Positions 13,490 through 26,098 of a stretch of 64,000 nt of DNA are shown piece by piece. How positions within the stretch are numbered: position 1 is the stretch's first letter; every line of letters starts with the position of its first letter. The notes under the pieces were generated by a model. That model saw only the letters and a program-made list of their open reading frames with translations. It was not told the DNA's origin and searched no databases. The position numbers were made by a program, and so were the translations under genes. The stretch comes from Octopus sinensis (Eukaryota), in the NCBI RefSeq assembly GCF_006345805.1, contig NC_043005.1:49228001-49292000 (forward strand), read 5' to 3'.

Positions 13490-15430
13490 CTGTTTAAATA
13501 AATTAATATATTACAATAAATGCATGTGAACTATAAAAAAAATGTATCTTTATACCCAATGTTTTTATTTCCTATGATATGAAACAAGTTGAAAAGTTCA
13601 AGTATGTCAGGGCTGTAATCAGGAGCAATATGAAGCAGAAGGTTGAATTGGATACTAGAATTGCAGGTAAAAGGGTAAAGATCCTCTTCGGTCATGTATG
13701 ACCAGTGGATTACAACTAAGAAGTCCCCGCCGAGGCACAAGTCCAGGCAAAGTTGTTTATGGAAGACCAGCAGTCATCCATGCATACCAGCCTCCCCTCT
13801 CCATGCCACCAATGTTATCCAAGGGAAAGGGAAAGGCTGATACAGCTGAGTGAACCGGGGCAATGTGAAAATAAAGTATACTTCTCAAGAACACAATACA
13901 CAGCCCAGTCTGGGAATTAAACTCATAATCTCATGACTGTGAGTTCGATGCTCTAACCACTGAGCCATGCACCATGCTAGAATTGCAAGTGCTGTTACAG
14001 TAACACACCAGCACCAGTATTCAATCCTCAGAAAAGGATTTGGTAGTAAAGAAAGTTAAATTTGGTATCTTTAATTCAGTTTCTTTGCTTATCTTCACCT
14101 ATGGTCATGAATGTTGGGTAATGGCTGAAGGAGTATGATCACAAATACAAGCAGTCAAAATGGGGTTCCTTCAAAGGGTCTCTAGAGGAGCATGACTTGA
14201 AACGGTGCATAGTTCAGAGAATAGGGAGTCTTTCTAGGCCTAGCTGCTACTTCCCCGCATTGAGGGGTCACGTGATTAGAATTTTGCAGAAAAGAATTGC
14301 AAGACAGATTCTTCCAGCCAAACCAACTGGCAAGAATCCTAGGGGTAGACAAAGAATGAGTTAGTTGGATAATATCCATAGTTTCAGTCGGTCATGCTTG
14401 AGAATCCAGCCAGAAAGTCCAATAGCTTTTGCTTCTTATTGAACATTGTGGAGAAGGTGCCTGAAGACTGTATCTCCACAATCCTCCCAGAAATAGTGGG
14501 CACAGAAAATGGATGGATAATAATTTTATTTCCATCCTTGTCACATCCTATGTTATAGTACTCTAATTGAGAATTACGGAGTCGGGTGCAGCCATCTGGT
14601 TCACCAGTCCTCAGTCAAATCGTCCAACCCATGCTAGCATGGAAAGCGGTCATTAAATGATGATGATGATGTAGAATACTCAATCACTTACATGCTAATT
14701 CAATCAGAAGGTAACTCAGTTGATCAAGCAACTGAATATTCATCATCAAAAATCAGCAGAGATCAACTGATTCATGTATAATAGTTATAACTCTGAATTG
14801 CCTATTACAAGTTAACAAAACATAAAAATAATAAAGATTCAAAATATAATTTTATGTAAATTTTTTAAATTTGTAAAGGCTGTCTGAATGAAAAAAGATA
14901 AACAAAAACTCAGAAAAAAATTAAATTGAAACAAAAATAAAGGTTAATTCCTTTAAACTTTGATTTGGTTTAATATTAAATCTTTAAAAAGAATTACTAC
15001 AATGATAAATTTTATGTAATCTGACCATTCCTGGTAAATTATATATTTTCTTCTTTCTCTTAAGTTAAATAACATAAAATATTTTGAGCCAAAGAAGAAA
15101 CTTTTATGCTTGATCTGCCAGATAAACTGTTAAATCTTTTTCAAATCACATCTCCAAAAAAAGAGGTCGCATCAACTAATTTAGCTGTAGATACTGCTGA
15201 AAAAATAGGATGGCCAACAGGAATATCCTTGATCTAGGTTAATTCAACCAGGGTTGAACAGTAATAACAACCATCAATATGTTAACATTAATACAGTAGT
15301 GGACGAGCAGAATTATTACAGCATCAGATAAAATGACTTACAGTCCCCCACCCCTGCTCTTTACATTCAAGGTTCAAACCCTGTTGTGGTTAATTTTGCT
15401 TTTTGTCCTTCTGAAGTTAATAAAATAAAG

Positions 15431-15934
15431 GGCGATGTTTCGGTTGTCGTAGCACACATTTCCGTCGATTTCCGTAAAAAACTTTTATTTTTTTACATAT
15501 GGCTTTGTGGGAATATTTGAAGTAATGAGAGCGAAAGAGACTAAGAGAAAGCGATTGTATGAGGAGGGAAGTTCTTTTGAAGTTACCGTGCATGTGAAGC
15601 ATTGATGTATATGTGTGTGTGTGTGTTTGATGGGGTGTGGGAGATAGACAGTATGTTGTGTAAGTGAAGTGCTTCTGTTAGTGTGTGCGAAGAGACAGAG
15701 TAATGTGTGAAAGAGAGAAATAACTGAAATTTTTTACTCGGTGTATGTGTATATGTATGTCTGCATGTATGTGTGTGTGTGTATGTATCTATGTATGTGT
15801 GTGTGTATGTATGTGTGTGTGTATGTATGTGTGTATGTATGTATGTATGTATGTATGTATGTATGGCCGATTCAGTGTTTACATTTTTTACGGAAATCGA
15901 CGGAAACGTGTGCTACGACAAACGAAACTTCGCC
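15431..15934. mobile_element. MITE with ~50-bp GG-initiated TIRs and 8-bp TSD (Merlin-like)
   Basis: TIR ggcgatgtttcggttgtcgtagcacacatttccgtcgatttccgtaaaaaa; TSD AAATAAAG at 15423-15430 and 15935-15942. Confidence 0.8.
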
Positions 15935-16054
15935 AAATAAAGTTCCAGCAAAACACTGTTAATTGATGAAATTGTTTGTAACCAGCCTACTAAATTTCCA
16001 ATCTTGTGCTTATTTTGGAACTTTACTATTGTTATTGTTGTGGTTATTATTATT

Positions 16055-16269
16055 AAGGTGGTGAACTGGCAGAATGGTTAGCATGCTGGACGAAATGCTT
16101 GGTGGCATTTTGCCCATTGCTAGATTCTGGGTTTAAATTCCACCGCGGTTGACTTTGGTTTTCCTCCTTTTGGGGTCGATAAATAAAGTATCAGTGAAAT
16201 ACTGGGGGTCAATGTAATCGACTAGTCCTCTCCTCCAAAATTTCAGGCCTTGTGCCTTTAGTGGAAAGG

Positions 16270-16270
<1 letters not shown>
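16055..16270 (+). mobile_element. Abundant tRNA-derived SINE (ggcggcgagctggcagaa... family)
   Basis: Homologous to copies at 28284-28510 (+), 33690-33919 (-), 24250-24470 (-) and 35240-35420 (-). Confidence 0.75.
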
Positions 16271-16326
<56 letters not shown>

Positions 16327-16521
16327 GTTATTACTATTATTATTACTATTATTATTATTATTATTATTATTGAGTGAGAGAGCAGGGCATCCCATCAAAG
16401 TGATACTGGGTAAAATATATGAAGCTCAATATGATGGTTTATAACATTTAATCTGAAGGATAATATTTTATGTAAAAATTGATTAAATTAAAAAAACAAA
16501 ACAAACTCATAAATAAATTAC

Positions 16522-16721
16522 TTGCAAAATTATGCCAGCCATTAGTAGAAAATTACCATTCCAACCATAAATATCAATTATATTGATTTGATAGAGGGGT
16601 AGCAATGTTGATCCAATAGCCAAACCTGCTGATACTGCAGCGATTGCATAATTCTGACCAGAGTCAAAATACATAGCTATAGCAGAGTATGAAACTACAT
16701 TCAAAATACATAGACCAAACC
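16522..16721 (-). CDS. SLC16/MCT-like transporter, coding exon 3
   Basis: Acceptor tttattacAG, donor GTAATT, 200 nt, phase 1-0; GFGLCILNVVSYSAIAMYFD...AIAAVSAGLAIGS...YGWNGNFLLMAGIILQ, typical MCT TM4-TM6. Confidence 0.9.
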
Positions 16722-18626
16722 CTGTAATAAACATAAAAATAAATTTTAAAAAAGATAGTATAACAAAAGGCACAATATGATAATATAGGAACGTCCTTTT
16801 AAAAAAATATTTTCATATTTAACTCATTACCATTTAAACAAGCAATATATTTTACCTTTTTATATGTTCAAATCAGCCACCTCTAGCTTTCAACTCTTAC
16901 AATCACATCATCAAAATCTTGAAGCTACTAGATACTACATGATAAACTCAGAGCAATGTGAATAAATATGCATTACATTTGACAGAGTAATCTGAATGCA
17001 AAAAGGTTAATTTGATTTGCTTTTGAATAAAACTTTAATTTAGTGTAATTTCAAGATGCATTCAAAAGGTATGGTTCTGATTACAAAATTAATTCAGCAT
17101 CCCTGCAGAGGATATGGTCTTCTTTACAGAATAAGTATTGGATATATGGTTTTCACTGAAAATACATAATGCTGTATGTATGTAAAATAGGAACTGTTCT
17201 TAAAATAATATCAACCCTGGAATAGCGTAAATTAAAAACCTGGAAGAAATGTCTAAAATCAAATCAAATGGATGTTAAGAATACAATTCCAATCTAAAAA
17301 GAAACTCTCCACAGCTTAAAAGTTTTAATTTTGCTAGATAATGTGGGAAAGTAGAAAGAGAGAAAATATGTGATATTACATAAGTGAAGCAACCAAAATA
17401 GGCTCAAAATAACTTTTTATTTCTGAATGTCTTCAAAAGTACAGTAGTTGTCCTGTGAACATTGCTATATATTAATGCACTTACCTCCAACCTCATAATG
17501 ATCTTGATTTATTTCTGCTTATGTAATCTTCCTCTCTCTGCTAAATACACCAGTTGATGGACTTCACAAAAAAACTTTCTTGAAATTACAGAGAGCCCTC
17601 AATTTTCCGGAACAAGAGAGAGATACTCCTAGTTACATTTTCAAAGTTCAATTCCTGCTTTATATTGCAAATGGATTCCTGAATCATATTTATTTATACC
17701 AGTCTTAATATTTTATTGAGATTTGTTTTCATTGCTTTTAAGATTGTGTTTTATATTTATATAAATGCATTTAATATTTTGTATTTATCTTTTATGGAGA
17801 AGAAATTTTACTCCACCATATTAGAACACATTTAGTTAACCTGAGATGAAAATGCTTACAAGTTTGTGTTTTTTTTAAATGTCTCACCTGAAATGATTAC
17901 CTGTAATGAATCTTGTTTATATTATTTTTATTTTTTTCCCAGTCTGGTATCTTTTCAACAGAGGAATTATTGCATTCACATAACATGTCATGATTTTAAA
18001 CAAATAAAAAATGTTGAAAGCAACTCTGATGTCTAAATTCTCTCCAGAACACAAGTTTTTTTCAACTACAAGCAGAAATTTCAAGACCATATTTACTTCT
18101 CAATGATGATAGAGCAAAATTAGTTAACCAGAGAAAAATATGCTAATTAGTTTTAAATTATCTCACCTGAAATAATTGATGGCAAGTAATTTAAATGGAT
18201 CCAGAAAAATAAGTAACTTTGTTTTCATTTATTAAGCTAGTGTTTACAACTTCACTTTTCATCCTTTGGAAGTCAATAAAATAAGTACCAATTGAGCCCT
18301 AAGCTTGATGTAATCTACTCATCTTCTCCCCTAAAATTGCTGGCCTTGTACCAAAATTTTAAAGAATTATTAAGCTGGTGTTTGGAACATAACTAAAATT
18401 TTTACATGAGGTTATTGTGTAAACTTCTATATTTAAATTGGATATAAATATTTAAGTATGAATATTTTAAATCAAAGAAATCAAGTTTATGCAACAGAAA
18501 TGGAGTTTGTTATGTCAAAAAAATAATTGAGTGGTCCCAAGTTTCTTAATATTTTAACAAAGGAAAGTGTGTCATAAAAAAAAAAAGAAAACTGAGATTA
18601 TCTCAGGTAGATATGTATCAAAAAGC

Positions 18627-19267
18627 CATTACCCAACATTCATGACTATAGGTGAGGACAGTGCAATCTGAGGATATGAGCCGAGAGTGATAAAATCAAA
18701 CATCCAGTCAACATCATAGTGTTTGGAGTGATCACTAGTTATAGCAACATTATGCCTCCATTCATCATCCCACATGGCCTCAGACTCAACATGGAGGCCT
18801 ACATCAAGTGCCTGGAGGAGGTAGTGCTGCCTTGAATCAAGAGGATGGCTGCTGGAAGACCCTATGTTTGGCAACAGGACTCTGCACCATGCCACACAAA
18901 CCAGCAAACCCAATCATGGCTGTCAAACAGTTTCTGTAACCACATCACCCCTAACATTTGGCGACCTAACTCCCCAGACTGCAACCCCCTTGATTATTAT
19001 GTGTGGGGCACAGTTGAGTGAGAGACCAACAAAATTATGGCAGCATTCACCAACATAAACAAGGAGACCATCCAGAAGAGTTGCAGAAGAATCCAAAGTC
19101 GTCTGGAGGCCATGGTTAAAGCCAATGGCGATTTTATTGAATAAATTTACTCTTCAATATTTCAAGGTATTTTTATGTAATTTTGGTAAATATATCTGTT
19201 AAAATGAGATGTCAGTGTTATTTTCATTTTTGCATAATTTAAATGACAATTTATTCATTGTGTCCTG
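18627..19267 (+). mobile_element. Tc1/mariner maT-type (DD37D) transposase relic, 3' half
   Basis: Translates to KHPVNI.VFGVITS...LEEVVLP.IKRMAAGRPYVWQQDSAPCHT...NSPDCNPLDYYVWG.VE; ends in a TIR-like sequence. Confidence 0.8.
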
Positions 19268-19289
19268 TGTGTGTGTATATATATATATA

Positions 19290-19362
<73 letters not shown>

Positions 19363-19756
19363 TCATCATCATCATTTAGCGTCCGTTTTCCATGCTAGCA
19401 TGGGTTGGACGGTTCTACTGGGGTCTGTGAAGCCAGAAGGCTTCATCAGGCCCAGTCAAATCTGGCAGTGTTTCTACGGCTGGATGCCCTTCCTAACGCC
19501 AACCACTCCGTGAGTGTAGTGGGTGCTTTTTACGTGCCACCCGCACTGGTGCCAGACAGAGCTGGCAAACGGCCACGAACGGATGGTGCTTTTTATGTGC
19601 CACCGGCACAAGGGCCAGGCGAGGCTGGCAACGGACACGAAACGGGGCGGTGCTGGCAACGGTCGCGAAACGGAAAGTTCTCTTACATGCCACCGGCACT
19701 GGTAACAGATCTGCAATTTCCATTGATCGATTTCGATTCTGATATATATATATATA

Positions 19757-19861
<105 letters not shown>

Positions 19862-19867
19862 TGTATA

Positions 19868-19933
<66 letters not shown>

Positions 19934-19934
<1 letters not shown>

Positions 19935-20128
19935 TATTTGTGGGTTATCAAAGCTACCTATGGTTTCATGCTAAAAGGTTCCCATATGGTTGTATACCAT
20001 ATGGGAACGTTGCTACACATTTTATCAGTATCACACATATATGTATGATGCTGATGAAAGAGTAATAACTCTTGATACACACACACACACACACATATTC
20101 ATATATATATATATATATATATACATAC

Positions 20129-20168
<40 letters not shown>

Positions 20169-20330
20169 TTGTGGGTTATCAGAGCTACCTATGGTTTCAT
20201 GCTAAAAGGTTCCCATATGGTTGTATACCATATGGGAACGTTGCTACACATTTTATCAGTATCACACATATATGTATGATGCTGATGAAAGAGTAATAAC
20301 TCTTGATACACACACACACACACACATATT
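19934..20330 (+). repeat. Two tandem copies of a 231-bp-period unit with hairpins and a hammerhead-like core
   Basis: Unit start tgggttatca at 19941 and 20172; spacer is (AC)n/(AT)n. Confidence 0.85.
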
Positions 20331-20416
20331 CATATATATATATATATATATACATACATATACATATATATATATACATACATATACATACATATACATA
20401 CACATACACACACACA

Positions 20417-20684
20417 TTTTTGATCCACACATTAATGAAGGCAAATGCACATTGTTACTTTTCTTTTATCACCAATCTGTCAATTCACACAGGTATTTAA
20501 AACTCAAACAAGAAAAATCTAAAGTGCTTGATTAGAAATCTGTCAGATTGTTGTATGTATAGCAATGTCTGTGTGTGTGTGAGAGAGAGAGAGAGGGAGA
20601 GAATGGGAGAAATACATTTGAAAAATACACACTCATAGATCAAATAAAACTATATTGTGTGTGTGAGTGTGTGAGTGTGTGAGT

Positions 20685-20724
<40 letters not shown>

Positions 20725-21078
20725 TGTGTGTGTCTGTGTCTGTGTCTGTGTGTGTGTGTATCAATAATTTGTACTGGAAAGCACAACACATAACCCGAGA
20801 TTGGGTTCAGTAGTGTTTTTCACACAACAATCCATTATCTAGTATAGTATGATGATGGGGCATCAACCTCAGGATTACTTACTGTAAAGAATATGAGATG
20901 TAGTAGAAATTGTGAGACACTGATGAGGTGAAGTGCAAGATGGCATGATGTTTCAACAACTGTTATGTAATTTCTACACCATTTTACTGAAACATGTGTA
21001 TGTTCTATAAAGTGCAGAATACCACACCTGTTTTTGGTTAATCCTTATTCCTCTCTCTCTCTCTCTCTCTCTCTTTAC

Positions 21079-21121
<43 letters not shown>

Positions 21122-21439
21122 CATACATACATACATACATATACATACACATACACACACACATTTTTGATCCACACATTAATGAAGGCAAATGCACATT
21201 GTTACTTTTCTTTTATCACCAAATCTCATCATCACCAATCTGTCAATTCACACAGGTATTTAAAACTCAAACAAGAAAAATCTAAAGTGCTTGATTAGAA
21301 ATCTGTCAGATTGTTGTATGTATAGCAATGTCTGTGTGTGTGTGAGAGAGAGAGAGAGGGAGAGAATGGGAGAAATACATTTGAAAAATACACACTCATA
21401 GATCAAATAAAACTATATTGTGTGTGTGAGTGTGTGAGT

Positions 21440-21492
<53 letters not shown>

Positions 21493-21843
21493 TGTGTCTG
21501 TGTCTGTGTGTGTGTGTATCAATAATTTGTACTGGAAAGCACAACACATAACCCGAGATTGGGTTCAGTAGTGTTTTTCACACAACACTCCATTATCTAG
21601 TATAGTATGATGATGGGGCATCAACCTCAGGATTACTTACTGTAAAGAATATGAGATGTAGTAGAAATTGTGAGACACTGATGAGGTGAAGTGCAAGATG
21701 GCATGATGTTTCAACAACTGTTATGTAATTTCTACACCATTTTACTGAAACATGTGTATGTTCTATAAAGTGCAGAATACCACACCTGTTTTTGGTTAAT
21801 CCTTATTCCTCTCTCTCTCTCTCTCTCTCTCTCTTTACACACG

Positions 21844-21881
<38 letters not shown>

Positions 21882-21920
21882 CATACATACAAGTGTGTGT
21901 GTATACATATATATGTATGT
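20417..21920 (+). repeat. ~750-bp near-identical tandem duplication in transporter intron 2
   Basis: tttttgatccacacatt at 20417 and 21164; copies differ by a 15-bp insertion, a few substitutions and microsatellite lengths. Confidence 0.9.
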
Positions 21921-22157
21921 ATATTTATATATATATGTATATATATATATATACATACATATACATATATATATATATATGTATGTATATTTATATATAT
22001 GTATGTATATTTATATATATATGTATGTATGTATACACACATGCATATATACATGTATATGTTTAGTTTTTTGTGTCAATTTATAGTAGGACTAAAGAAT
22101 TATAATGTTTCCGCCCAAAATGATGTCATTGATTGAAGAAGTGGTTGTTGTACATAC

Positions 22158-22301
22158 CTGATACAATACCAACAAGAAGAGCAATTCCAACAACATTATT
22201 CACAAAAGCAGCAGCAGCGAAGCCTGCACTTGAAAGAATACTACCAACAAACAATGTCAAGCGAAGTCCAAATTTCGAAATCAAAGGTGCTATAAAAATG
22301 C
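22158..22301 (-). CDS. SLC16/MCT-like transporter, coding exon 2
   Basis: Acceptor tttgttctttctAG, donor GTATGT, 144 nt, phase 1-1; GIFIAPLISKFGLRLTLFVGSILSSAGFAAAAF (MFS loop 2-3 region). Confidence 0.9.
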
Positions 22302-22399
22302 CTAGAAAGAACAAAATATAAACCAAAATTGAATTTTTTTAAACCAACATTATTTTTTTAAATTCATTATCATTATTATTGTTGTTGTTATTATTATTA

Positions 22400-22442
<43 letters not shown>

Positions 22443-22713
22443 TATTATATTATTATTATTATTATTATTATTCAGTAGTCTATTTTTATCATATGTTTTC
22501 ATTGCACTGCTGAGTGCAGTTCTCTGTGCCTTGGGTATGGTCTGTGGTTTGTTTTGGTGCTATTATTTTTACTGTATTGAAAGTGCTTTATATTGAAAGT
22601 GTGCAGTGCCTAGCAGTTCTGTATTTCTGTATTTTATATATATATTCGTATATATTCATGTTGTTGCTACTTCAACAGCTTACAATATATTTCAAAATGG
22701 GAAATATACTCAC

Positions 22714-23674
22714 CACATAAATAAGCAATACCTTGAGGCAATGACTGAACCAAACTCGTTGTTGATTTTGAGGAATTGAATACTTCCAAAAGTTTCACAT
22801 AAATAGGACCTAATGAAAATATTTCTGATACAAATATTTGCATAAAAATCGACGAAATTAAAATCATAGTTTTCTTTACTTTTGAGTACCTGGGTTTCTG
22901 TTTAAGTGGTACAATACTTGGTTCTGTGTCAATTCTTGGTTGTAAATCTACAGAAACTTCAGAATATTTTCTCGGTGTTTTTAAGCTACTTTTCCTTGAA
23001 TCAGTATCACTGAGAAAAGACGTTTCAACAGGAAGACCAGCTGAAATAGATAGAGTACTAACAAATCTAGAAATACTTTCTTTGCGAAGACGAGGAGTAA
23101 ACACTTTTGACAAACTGAGGGTGCTCATTTTTCTTGATTCTGGTGCTCCAGTAACAGTATTCTTTCTTTTCTGCAAAGTCTCTGGTATTTTAGCATTGCT
23201 AATTTTTGAAGAATTCTTTGAAAATTCTGTGGTATCCATGTAAGTATTACTTCTGCCTGTTTTTTGTTTGGTTGATTCATTGGTATTTTCTGCTATTTTC
23301 TTAAGTGGAGTTACATTAATGATTGCATTTTCAATATTTCTACCAAGAAAGGGAGATCCTCCACTTTTTGACATTTCAATAGAATCTAACATTTTCATTG
23401 AAACATTTTCAATTAGTTTAGAACGCAACAAGTCAGATGGAGACAATGGCTCTGTAAAACTCTGGGAAGGCAAAGGTATGTTCTGAAGAGATTCATTTTT
23501 TTGTTCAGCATTTTCTGATGCCATATTTTTAATTGCTTCTCCATTTTCTTGAACTAAATTGCCTTCTTCTTTCTTTATCTCTTCTGCAAGTTCTTCATGA
23601 TATATTTCCTTATCATCAACTTCTGCAATAGTTTCTGGAATATTTAGAACTGGATCTTCAGATACTTCTCCCAT
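22714..23674 (-). CDS. SLC16/MCT-like MFS transporter, coding exon 1 (long hydrophilic N-terminus, TM1 and following helix)
   Basis: 335-aa ORF from ATG at 23674; ends ...QSLPQGIAYLC-G at donor GTGAGT (22713), phase 1. C-terminal part (TMILISSIFMQIFVSEIFSLGPIYVKLLEVFNSSKSTTSLVQS) resembles the start of the MCT N-domain. Confidence 0.85.
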
Positions 23675-23801
23675 TTTTATTATTTGTATTTTTTCTTCTT
23701 TTTTTTTTTTGCAGTATAATTTATTTTTAAATAATCAATAAATAAGTAAATTAAACAATTTAAAAATAAATTTAAGAATTTTTTGTTTTATTTTACTTTA
23801 C

Positions 23802-23904
23802 TTAAGTCTTCAGGAAACAACCACATCAGATTTTCTGTCACAAGAGTTGTATTACATATTCCTTACAACTTCTGCTATAAAATATCTTCATACTCTGGAA
23901 CATC
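23802..23904 (-). other. Possible non-coding 5' UTR exon of the transporter
   Basis: Strong acceptor ccttttttctctattgtttttcAG at 23905 and donor GTAAAG at 23801; no good acceptor between it and the ATG at 23674. Confidence 0.35.
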
Positions 23905-24211
23905 CTGAAAAACAATAGAGAAAAAAGGATTATAACATAATTATTAGCAGCCAGCTGGGACCAGAAGATACCAGGCTTACCAAGAGTCTTTTAGTTTTAA
24001 GATAAGGAGATTTTCTAACTAGAATACTGTGAACAATATGTTTTTCAGCCACATAACAGAGATTCTGGAATCATCTACATAAATACTTCACCTTCACTCA
24101 ATATTTTTGTCTTAAATATCTGACTTAATTGTCTTAGAATTTAGCCATTATTCTACCTAAGCAACCAATACTAACTGTTACAAATATCCACCACCCTTTG
24201 TATATTCTAAC

Positions 24212-24252
<41 letters not shown>

Positions 24253-24501
24253 CCTTTCTACAATAGGTACAAGACCTGAAATTTGGTGGGGAGGGGACTA
24301 ATCAATTACATTGACCCCAGTTTTTCCCTGGTACTTAATTTATTGATCCCAAAATGAAGAAAGGCAAAGTGGAGTTTGGTGGAATTTGAACTCAGAATGT
24401 AGGGACAGATGAAATGCCACTAAGCATTTTGCCCAGTGTCCTAACAGTTCTGCCAGCTTGCTGCCTTAATAATGAAAATAATAACAATAATAATAATCAT
24501 A

Positions 24502-24545
<44 letters not shown>

Positions 24546-24573
24546 AATAATAATAATAATAATAATAATAATT

Positions 24574-25566
24574 GCCCTGATGCAGTACCAGGCAGTGGCT
24601 CTCATGGCTTCTGATCTTAACTGATTGGAAGTGTTATCATGTACATTGTTTTGTGTTGGTATAAAAGATGGACTACAGCAAATATTCTGCTCAATACCAC
24701 AGATTTGCTTGTCACTTGTTTGACCATAACCAGTTGAGCATGTCCCTTAGTGGCTGACGATATGTGCATCTCTGATCACGAGCAGAAGTAGTGGGGGAGC
24801 ATCATAGCCATGTGTTGAGAGGGATTCTTTGGGGTTTGAATAGTTCACCTCTGGAAACATGGGTGGTTCTTTCAACATCCTTAAACAACCCTTATTCAGG
24901 ACCTTTTGAGCGGGATGGGCTACTCACCTGAAGAAATTTCTAACTGGGCCCCACCTGCAAGGTCATGTGCTGTTTATCTTGATATGAGATCACCATGTCG
25001 CGCACATATGGTTGTGATGCATGTGCCTGGTGTACCCTTATCAGACGGGTAGTCATGATGGGTATATTGGGCTTCGTATATTTTACCCCAGTGTCACTTT
25101 GATGGCATGAACTGCTCTCTCACTCAATAATAATAATAATAATCCCTGATGCAGCACCAGGCACTGGCTCTCAATCTTAACTTGATTGGAAGAGTTATCA
25201 TGTACATGTTTTGTCTTGTAAAAGATGGGCTACAGCAAATATTCTGCTCAATACCACATATTTGCTTGTCAGTTGCTTGACCATAACTAGTTGAGCATGT
25301 TCCTTAGTGGCTGACGATATGTGCATCTCCTATCACAAGCAGAAGTAGTGGGGGATGGACTACTCGACCCAAAGAAAATTCTAACTGGGCCCCACCTACA
25401 TGGTCATGCGCTGTTTATCTTGATATGAGATCACTATGTTGCGTACATATGGTTGTGATGCATGTGTCTGGTGTACCCTTATCAGACGGGTAGTCGTGAT
25501 GGGTATACTGGGCTTTGTATATTTTGCCTCAGTGTCACTTTGATGGCATGCACTGCTCTCTCACTC
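24574..25566 (+). mobile_element. Two tandem copies of a (TAA)n-tailed non-LTR-type element 3' region
   Basis: Copies at 24574-25127 and 25143-25566, each ending gcactgctctctcactca(ata)n; other copies at 49106-49612 (-) and a 65-bp 3' stub at 16372-16440 (-). Confidence 0.65.
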
Positions 25567-25568
25567 AC

Positions 25569-25805
25569 TAATGATAATAGTAATAATAGTAATAATAATA
25601 ATTGAAAAATGAAGGAGGAGGAGGAGGAAGAGAAGAAGAAGAAGAAGAAGAAAAAGAAGAGAAAAGAAGAAGAAAAGAAAAAGAAGAGAAGAAGAAGAAG
25701 AAGAAGGAGAAGAAGAAGAAGAAGAAGAAGAGAAGAAGAAGAAGAAAGAAGAAGAAGAAGAAGAAGAAGAAGAAGAAGAAGAAGAAGAAGAAGAAGAAGA
25801 AGAAG
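25569..25805 (+). repeat. Compound (AAT)n-(GAG)n-(GAA)n tract, ~190-bp pure-purine run
   Basis: Directly visible; lies at the 3' tail of the adjacent reverse CR1 fragment. Confidence 0.95.
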
Positions 25806-26098
25806 CTTATTGTTCACAGTGCTCAGGTGTACTATGGCTCGCCAGAAAAGATAATAGGGATAAAAGAAAGCAGCAATGTTGAGCAATGTAAGATGACAGT
25901 GGTAGCCAAACATGCATGCACAGAACATCAAATAAAACAAAAAATAAAACAAATACAAGAAAATCAGAGAAGTGAACAGTAAAAGAGCCATAAAAAGGAA
26001 ATGGTGCACAGAGACGTCAAGTGTAGTGTTAGTGAATTTTGGGACACATGGAATTCATGAAGGATGCAGTGACCTGAAAGTGAACAGAAATGTAGATA
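25805..26098 (-). mobile_element. CR1-clade LINE 3' end
   Basis: Shares the cagtgctcaggtg 3'-end signature with 27300-28035 and 60950-61812. Confidence 0.6.

Noticed and set aside
25482-26009. Poly-Leu/Phe and poly-Lys/Glu/Arg ORFs
   Set aside because: Translations of the (GAA)n/(AAT)n tract.
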